A stretch of 64,000 nucleotides of DNA from positions 90,114 through 154,113 of the IMG/VR virus record IMGVR_UViG_3300030329_005426; one strand, 5' to 3'. Of the stretch, positions 57,987 through 64,000 are shown one piece after another. A program made the translations under genes and the position numbers. This DNA is from a virus. The stretch's first letter is position 1; each line of letters starts with the position of its first letter. Under the pieces are notes generated by a model that saw nothing but the letters and a program-made list of their open reading frames with translations, had not been told where the DNA came from and ran no database searches.

Positions 57987-58666
57987 ATTTTCTTCCTTTT
58001 ATATACACAAAACGAAATGCTATAACGAACTACTTCATCATTTGTTAGTGGTGTAACGTAATGCTCAACCCAATTAGGAAACGTACATAAAATACTTTCA
58101 CGGGGTGTGATAACATAAGGGATGCCGTAGTAAGGATATTTTTCAATACTACAATCATTTATAACTTGCGATTTAATTGATCTTGCAGGATCCACTAAAA
58201 CTAAATTTCCACCAGAGGCTGGTGTTGTCGAAGCTTGAAAATGATGATCTTTGTCTAAGTCCTCATCCTCTTTTATTCGTTTACCATTAGCATGCCCGGT
58301 TGATGGATAATAGACGCCGGTATAAACCATGTTACCTGATCCATGTATATGAGGTGAAATATAATCTCCTGGCTTATCCATGGCAATAGCCCATAAATCT
58401 TTAACAACAAATTCTTCTTGGATATTTGTAAATTTAGCTTCTTGCATTGCCTGGAACACATGAACTTGTGCTACACTTTGCATTTGGGCAAATGATTCAT
58501 GCTTTTTCTCTAAACCTAAAAAACTCATCCAGCAGCCTACATTAGAGCGCCGATCACCATCATTATCTGCTCTTTCAATTTCAATATCTCTGACTAAAGC
58601 ATCATTGAATTCTTTAGCTTGGTTACCCATATTAAAAATATGAAATGGGGTCGAAAATATATCCAC
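57983..58666 (-). CDS. putative 2OG-Fe(II) oxygenase (TIGR02466-like)
   Basis: SNVG.W.S, HIH, GVYY, FP.W..H.V.P, R.SISF. Confidence 0.8.
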   Translation of the reverse strand: MDIFSTPFHIFNMGNQAKEFNDALVRDIEIERADNDGDRRSNVGCWMSFLGLEKKHESFAQMQSVAQVHVFQAMQEAKFTNIQEEFVVKDLWAIAMDKPGDYISPHIHGSGNMVYTGVYYPSTGHANGKRIKEDEDLDKDHHFQASTTPASGGNLVLVDPARSIKSQVINDCSIEKYPYYGIPYVITPRESILCTFPNWVEHYVTPLTNDEVVRYSISFCVYKRKKM

Positions 58667-59130
58667 TATACTCTCCCGCTGTAATAATCAAGTGAATCTC
58701 TTTCAGGTCGAACGATAATACCGGTAGGAAGGTAAGGATGGTAATCTTGATTGTCCCAACTTGAATCCATTTCTTTCATATTTGCATAATCAATTAAAAC
58801 CAATTCATCGCGTAACCGAGTATTCTCCATCTGTGCGAAATTATAAAAACGCGGGTGATCCGTCGTACAGAATAGATATGCTAACAACTCAGCATCGTTA
58901 CCTATAATAAGTTTTACCTTATCTCTATCTTCTAATGAAACAGTTTGCTTTTTAAAATATGTAGTGCCGTAAACAGAATGATATAAACCTGCATCACATA
59001 CATGTGGATGGCAGTTCCAAGATACCAGTAGATCATAAACACCAGTAAGATGTGTCCATAATGTTCTACCTGAATGTTTAGTTGATTCGGTATCTAATTG
59101 TTGGAGATATTCAAACTTTTCCATCATAGT
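58666..59130 (-). CDS. DUF6817-like HD-type protein
   Basis: HSGRTL..HL.G, AGLYHSVYGT, IG..AE.L.Y.FC. Confidence 0.75.
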   Translation of the reverse strand, partial: TMMEKFEYLQQLDTESTKHSGRTLWTHLTGVYDLLVSWNCHPHVCDAGLYHSVYGTTYFKKQTVSLEDRDKVKLIIGNDAELLAYLFCTTDHPRFYNFAQMENTRLRDELVLIDYANMKEMDSSWDNQDYHPYLPTGIIVRPERDSLDYYSGRV

Positions 59131-59755
59131 ATCCGAGCCTTCTAAAATTTCCATCAGCATTGCATTTAAAAACTATAATATACCTAAGCTCTTGACATGC
59201 TCTATGTACCTCCATTGCGTTATGTGGCACATTACCAGAAAAACATATCAGCCTATTTCCAACATAAGTTGCTGTCTTAATAACATTTTTTATATCATTA
59301 TCCCAAAACTGTGTGCCACCAAAATGTAGTGGATCCCAATTTAAATTAGGATAATACATAACAGTGTAGTCACCGTCATCTATATGAACTTCACCGTGAC
59401 ATCCATATGTATGTGCGTTCGCATATACCCGATGAAATTTGCTTATTGATAAGGGAGCTAGATACCGTGATTGAATAACTTGCCATAATTGAGTTAAAGC
59501 CGGTCCTGCAACCTTAGGAAGATCTTCAGGTGATTCGCAGATATCCATATGCCAATATCTTTGTGTACCTATCGTCTTATCTGATTTGTGGCCGTATTTC
59601 CAATGCTGCATTCGCATTAGATCATGAATGTCCTTTGCTAACTTTTCAGATAAAGCATTATCCCATATCTCAATGACAGGATCGCCATCTTCTTTCGTTC
59701 CTATAAGTGACCTAAGCTTAGTTCTGTATTCCGTAGGTGTTAACGTTTCAATCAT
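59111..59755 (-). CDS. 2OG-Fe(II) oxygenase
   Basis: HIDD, W....GGT, NRL..F....PH, LR..IVFK. Confidence 0.82.
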   Translation of the reverse strand: MIETLTPTEYRTKLRSLIGTKEDGDPVIEIWDNALSEKLAKDIHDLMRMQHWKYGHKSDKTIGTQRYWHMDICESPEDLPKVAGPALTQLWQVIQSRYLAPLSISKFHRVYANAHTYGCHGEVHIDDGDYTVMYYPNLNWDPLHFGGTQFWDNDIKNVIKTATYVGNRLICFSGNVPHNAMEVHRACQELRYIIVFKCNADGNFRRLGYYDGKV

Positions 59756-60699
59756 TTAAATTTACACTCTACCATCACTTCAGTTAAACATGCAACAAGA
59801 TTAATCTCCTGGTCGGCAGCGAATGCCGCTTTATATTGATAATCAGCTAATGTCAATACTAATTGTGGTATGCTGCCTGGTTCCATAACTTCACTGGCCG
59901 AATCATATAGCTTTCGAAACAAGGCTTGATTATCATTATCTAGATTTTGGCCAACCCACTTACGTGTTGCCTTAAAATCTTTTTTCTTCAGTGCGGTTAC
60001 TAAATCCTTAAAGCCTTTTTCTTCTATGTTAGTAAGCAGACCCGTATCAATAACACCGGATGAGCTATACCTCTGAAGCTCACCGATTATTCGTCGCCAG
60101 TCAAGAAAATGTTTTGTAATAAGAGCCGCTATGACTTTCTTGTCATATTGAACAGACTCTTTATCTAGAATACCACATACCCGTACCATAAACGCAGTAG
60201 CCAGAGCTGGTCTATCCGCAGGTTTAGCTCCGAACTCAATAACAGAGCAGCGGCTATGCAAAGGAGGGATGATACGGTTACGAAAATTACAGGTAAGAAT
60301 AAATCCGCAATTGTGTGAGAACTCTTCCATAAATCCACGAAGGGCCGGTTGAAAACTTTGCGCATTTAGATAGTCTGCCTCATCTAGAATAACGTATTTT
60401 CTTTTACCATCAAATGATACACTAGAAGCATATTGCTTAATATCACTCCGCAACGTATCAATATTGCCATGCAATGAGCCGTTGATTAACATATAATCAA
60501 TTCCAGCTTCTTCAAGCATAGCACGAGCAACTGTAGTTTTACCTACTCCGGGACCACCGGACAATAGCAAATTAGGGATTCCGTTTTTAACGAAATCCTT
60601 AAATCTTTGTTTTAATTCTTCAGGAAGTATACAGTCATCAATCTTTGTCGGACGGTACTTCTCCACCCATAGGAATTCCTGCGCTTTTTTCTTCATCAT
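59752..60699 (-). CDS. 44: clamp loader large subunit (gp44)
   Basis: LWVEKYRP, GPGVGKTT, LDEAD, SRC. Confidence 0.95.
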   Translation of the reverse strand: MMKKKAQEFLWVEKYRPTKIDDCILPEELKQRFKDFVKNGIPNLLLSGGPGVGKTTVARAMLEEAGIDYMLINGSLHGNIDTLRSDIKQYASSVSFDGKRKYVILDEADYLNAQSFQPALRGFMEEFSHNCGFILTCNFRNRIIPPLHSRCSVIEFGAKPADRPALATAFMVRVCGILDKESVQYDKKVIAALITKHFLDWRRIIGELQRYSSSGVIDTGLLTNIEEKGFKDLVTALKKKDFKATRKWVGQNLDNDNQALFRKLYDSASEVMEPGSIPQLVLTLADYQYKAAFAADQEINLVACLTEVMVECKFK

Positions 60700-60850
60700 G
60701 TAATTCTGCCTCCACGGCTTCCACAATTTGTTGACGTAAAATGCCAACATTCATCATCTCATCACCACGCCAAGCGCCACGCTGAGCACCGACATCAATC
60801 AATTTAATAACCCCAATACCAACCTCCTTGGACATAACTATTGTACTCAT
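60638..60850 (-). CDS. small conserved hypothetical protein
   Basis: ID...QRGA.RG.E...VG.LR. Confidence 0.6.
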   Translation of the reverse strand: MSTIVMSKEVGIGVIKLIDVGAQRGAWRGDEMMNVGILRQQIVEAVEAELHDEEKSAGIPMGGEVPSDKD

Positions 60851-61509
60851 TTAACATTCTCCATAGCTATCCAATACTGCACATTGTCAGATACAAAATT
60901 AGCTGCTACACCATCACTTATTCTAACATTATAAGCACGTGGAAGCAACCGTAAATTTTCAACTAAAAAATGAAATGTCTGATCAGTAGCTGCAGCTTCA
61001 CCAACTGTTCGTTTAAAATTATTAGAAGAAGGATTATTATGGTCTGTAACAGTCCATATAATTTTACCTTCGTCTACACTTACAATGATATCCGGTAGTT
61101 GCATTACATTGGCTGCCTGCAAACAATTTTTTAGGTCATCAGATGACAAACTAAATTCCAATACTGGACTAAAATCTGGCATATCTTTTTGATATGGATC
61201 AGTATTGTTTGTAGTGATTACTTCTTCATCACAGTAAAAATAATCACTGGATGCAACACCGTTTTTAATCTCAACTGCGTGATCACCAAATTTATATTCA
61301 GGGTTATTGAATAGACTAATTACCCCCAAAAATTGATTTAGATCATAGATACCAAATCTTTTAGGAAAAGCCTCATCAAGTTTTACCTCAGCAAGAATAT
61401 TCTTCTTGGGAGATACTGTCCTCATAATATCACTTTCATCTACCAATAAAGATGTATTAATAGATGAAAAGTTTTTTAGAACATCAATTACTTTTTCATC
61501 AAACTGCAT
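60847..61509 (-). CDS. 45: sliding clamp (gp45)
   Basis: LKNFSSIN, FGIYDLNQFL, YWIAME. Confidence 0.93.
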   Translation of the reverse strand: MQFDEKVIDVLKNFSSINTSLLVDESDIMRTVSPKKNILAEVKLDEAFPKRFGIYDLNQFLGVISLFNNPEYKFGDHAVEIKNGVASSDYFYCDEEVITTNNTDPYQKDMPDFSPVLEFSLSSDDLKNCLQAANVMQLPDIIVSVDEGKIIWTVTDHNNPSSNNFKRTVGEAAATDQTFHFLVENLRLLPRAYNVRISDGVAANFVSDNVQYWIAMENVK

Positions 61510-61516
61510 AACAACC

Positions 61517-62365
61517 TCACTTTTTAGCCTTCTTTAATAGATCGGGATCTGCAGTTGCTGTAGCTCCTACTTGTGCTAAATCAGCAAGGCTCCCACCAAA
61601 CATATATGAACCCATGTGTGTCATCTGCATCCAAGGACACATCCATATTTTTAAACCAATCTTACGAGCCCATTGGCAAAACATATAATCCTCTGAAAGA
61701 TATCTTTTGGATTCGGGATCAATAAGAGCATCGAAATAACACATAATTTCCCTAGAACCATCAAATGCTTTTGTCCTGATATGATCCGGTTTGTACATCA
61801 ACTCAGGATAGGCTTCAGCAAACTTATCAAAGGTATTGCGCTGAATCATCATAAATCCAGTGCCACCTTCAAGCACTTCAGCTGGCTCATTGATTGAGAT
61901 TTCATTCTGCCCTTCTACGGGATTAAAAACATAATCACCAACAAACCGTTCTAGATGATTTGGGTTCTCATCGGCAAATCCTTTATCAACAGCACGTTTT
62001 ACCTTTTCCCAGGCAATTGTCTTTTTAGGATAAGGCCCACAAACAATATCTTTATCTGATTCTGGATCAGCAATTGCTGCCAATGCAAGGACGTCATTTG
62101 GATCAAACCCGATATCACTATCGATAAACATAAGGTGTGTATATTCACTCCTCATAAATTCGTCTGCAAGATAATTCCTTGCTCGGGTAATTAAGCTCTC
62201 ATTAAATAGATAAAAGAATTTAATATCAATTTTATGTTGTGTAGATAAGATTGCTAGATCAGCTGTACTTTTTGTATACTGACCTCCACACATTCCACCG
62301 TACATCGGCGTGGCCACAAAAATCTTTCGTTTGCGCAACTCATTAATATCGATGCTTACTTCCAT
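61517..62365 (-). CDS. GT-A fold glycosyltransferase-like protein
   Basis: ATPMYGG, ESLITRARN, FIDSDI, LSEDY.FC. Confidence 0.75.
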   Translation of the reverse strand: MEVSIDINELRKRKIFVATPMYGGMCGGQYTKSTADLAILSTQHKIDIKFFYLFNESLITRARNYLADEFMRSEYTHLMFIDSDIGFDPNDVLALAAIADPESDKDIVCGPYPKKTIAWEKVKRAVDKGFADENPNHLERFVGDYVFNPVEGQNEISINEPAEVLEGGTGFMMIQRNTFDKFAEAYPELMYKPDHIRTKAFDGSREIMCYFDALIDPESKRYLSEDYMFCQWARKIGLKIWMCPWMQMTHMGSYMFGGSLADLAQVGATATADPDLLKKAKK

Positions 62366-63123
62366 TATGAATTATGTCCTTCTATATATTTAGTCCGCTT
62401 GATCGCGGCATCTTTCTCTTTCGCTTTATCTGGATGATATTCTTCATAACCAGCACCAGACGCTAAATGAAATCGGGGATTGCTATCTTCCACAACTTCG
62501 AATCCTAACTCAAGTTGTTCTTGTTTTTCTACAAGTTCGCCGTTAATAAACTCATATCGTTTACCGTTGGCATAATAGTACATATCATTAGGATCATCTA
62601 TAATAGGCTCATGATCATATGATGTCGTGACATTGTACTTTTTATCATGTTCTTTACCAACTCCGTAATCACCATCATACATACCGATTGATTCAGACAT
62701 CATCAATATAAATTGACCAACAGCAGTGCCCTTTTTAATCTTAGCTATACCGCTCGTAACATGTAAAGTAGCCGCCATTACGCCATGATATCCGCTATCA
62801 TATAAACCAGAAGTAATATATACTCCGTTACGGTTCAACGTTGATCTAGTTATAATATAACCGGCTTCGCCTTCACCCATATGAACAAGGCCTTGCATTA
62901 CTATCTCATAGCTGCCGGGCGGAAGAACAAAATAACCTGAATCATCTACCTCGACAGGTTCACTTCCTCGATGTGTCTTATTATCGTCATCGATTGAAAA
63001 TTCATTACTTGAAATTGTTTGGATTTGTTCTACCCGGACATCGATAGCATTTGGTTGAATATCTTGTGGTTCATAACCGGTGAGACTTGATTTACTAGTT
63101 GAACTTGCCGGGTGTTTCATCAT
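62365..63123 (-). CDS. dUTPase/dCTP deaminase family protein with acidic extension
   Basis: QPNAID.R, RSTLNRNG, GLYDSGY.G, Y.G.Y. Confidence 0.8.
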   Translation of the reverse strand: MMKHPASSTSKSSLTGYEPQDIQPNAIDVRVEQIQTISSNEFSIDDDNKTHRGSEPVEVDDSGYFVLPPGSYEIVMQGLVHMGEGEAGYIITRSTLNRNGVYITSGLYDSGYHGVMAATLHVTSGIAKIKKGTAVGQFILMMSESIGMYDGDYGVGKEHDKKYNVTTSYDHEPIIDDPNDMYYYANGKRYEFINGELVEKQEQLELGFEVVEDSNPRFHLASGAGYEEYHPDKAKEKDAAIKRTKYIEGHNS

Positions 63124-63738
63124 TTATGCTGCTCCAAAATAATAAGGGTTTTCTTTTGTTTCAAAAGAAGCATCGGGATTAAGATGTTCGTGTTGAATTT
63201 TAAATACTGTATTGGGCTTTAATGCTTGTGAATTTTTAAATAGTGTGCTCGAGATATTTAGTCGTTCATCAACAAATAATGGACTGATTTCATTACGAAA
63301 AAAATATAAATCTGTTCCATTGTGATAAACACATGCATACGTCCCGTCAAATGTATATTCACCGTATGTGCTTATATAGTCAATCATCAACTTGGTATCC
63401 CAAGATTCTTTTGTATTTAATTCACGCTGTAATCTTTGAACTTCTTTCTCTTTAATAATACCATTATGCCACAACACATGGCCATTTAATATTGCAGGAT
63501 GAATAGTGCTATCCTTATTCTCTGACGTAGGTGCCTGTTGATGTACAATACAATAATGGTCTGAAGGAACATCTATTTCATCAACAGGCAATGGCCCTAA
63601 TCCTTTTTTCATATGTTCGATATGCATTGTATGCTTATCTATGTAGCAATACGAATAAGAGTGTGTTCCTCTATACTCATTTAGCTTTGCAAGTTCAAGG
63701 ATCTTATCTGTATAATACGACCCGGAGATACTACACAT
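63124..63738 (-). CDS. class II (Ntn) glutamine amidotransferase
   Basis: N-terminal MCSI, RG, HNGII, DT, RN.ISPL. Confidence 0.82.
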   Translation of the reverse strand: MCSISGSYYTDKILELAKLNEYRGTHSYSYCYIDKHTMHIEHMKKGLGPLPVDEIDVPSDHYCIVHQQAPTSENKDSTIHPAILNGHVLWHNGIIKEKEVQRLQRELNTKESWDTKLMIDYISTYGEYTFDGTYACVYHNGTDLYFFRNEISPLFVDERLNISSTLFKNSQALKPNTVFKIQHEHLNPDASFETKENPYYFGAA

Positions 63739-64000
63739 CTATTAATTTATCCCAATCAATATCAATTGAATATGGAATAGGATCTGGGACTCCTACCTTT
63801 GCAAAATTTGCAATACGCTCCGCACAAGAAGGACATTTACTACATGACTGTCCTTCCTCATTTGGATTGTAACACGTAAGTGTATGTTGTAATAAATCGA
63901 ACTGCCCTAATTCTCTAGCTATAAAAATTTCTTCTGCTTTAGATAGAAGAGAAAACGGCGCTGCAATTTCCACTTTATGTGTTCGATTTTGGACGGCTAC
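63731..64000 (-). CDS. queC: 7-cyano-7-deazaguanine synthase, C-terminal part (5' end outside window)
   Basis: P....SK.E, TLTCY...CSKCPSC..R, DP..Y; frame open to window edge. Confidence 0.88.
   Translation of the reverse strand, partial: VAVQNRTHKVEIAAPFSLLSKAEEIFIARELGQFDLLQHTLTCYNPNEEGQSCSKCPSCAERIANFAKVGVPDPIPYSIDIDWDKLIDV

Noticed and set aside
296-63872. Plus-strand ORFs in the ORF track
   Set aside because: All lie antisense to well-supported minus-strand genes and show no recognisable motifs.
1-64000. tRNA, rRNA, CRISPR arrays, IS elements, integrase
   Set aside because: No such patterns seen by eye; intergenic gaps are short and mostly explained.
63124-64000. QueC as part of a Qat or CBASS defence system
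   Set aside because: No ATPase, TatD or cyclase neighbours visible; the Gat partner and replication context favour base modification.

Overview
64 kb segment of a T4-like (Tevenvirinae-related, marine-type) dsDNA phage genome. Essentially all genes are on the minus strand; plus-strand ORFs look like antisense shadows. It holds the T4 replication core in canonical order (gp45, gp44, gp62, regA, gp43, uvsX, gp40-like, gp41, and separately gp61) and nucleotide supply genes (nrdAB, thyX, dCMP deaminase, dUTPase-like, glutaredoxin, purine PRTase, pyrB). Also present are a Gat + QueC 7-deazaguanine module cut by the window end, a glycan/methyl/hydroxylase modification island, an island of exported proteins and lipoproteins, lysis genes and late virion-associated genes. 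The host is probably a Gram-negative marine proteobacterium (inference). Most notable: (1) a complete porin + TAXI receptor + minimised TRAP permease import operon, translationally coupled to an SGGxDS adenylating enzyme; (2) an A9 slippery run whose -1 frame adds a C-terminal membrane anchor, dual-coded with the next gene's signal peptide; (3) enzymes with T4-like capsid-targeting or protease-processing signatures (ligase-like protein, HAD phosphatase, nucleotidyltransferase polyprotein); (4) a thrice-repeated early promoter with a fixed-distance IHF consensus site; (5) a ROSE thermometer plus an unexplained ~96-nt structured RNA before hsp20; (6) an unannotated 30-aa, 8-Cys metallothionein-like peptide coupled to IscA. 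All calls come from motif recognition by eye; no database searches were run.
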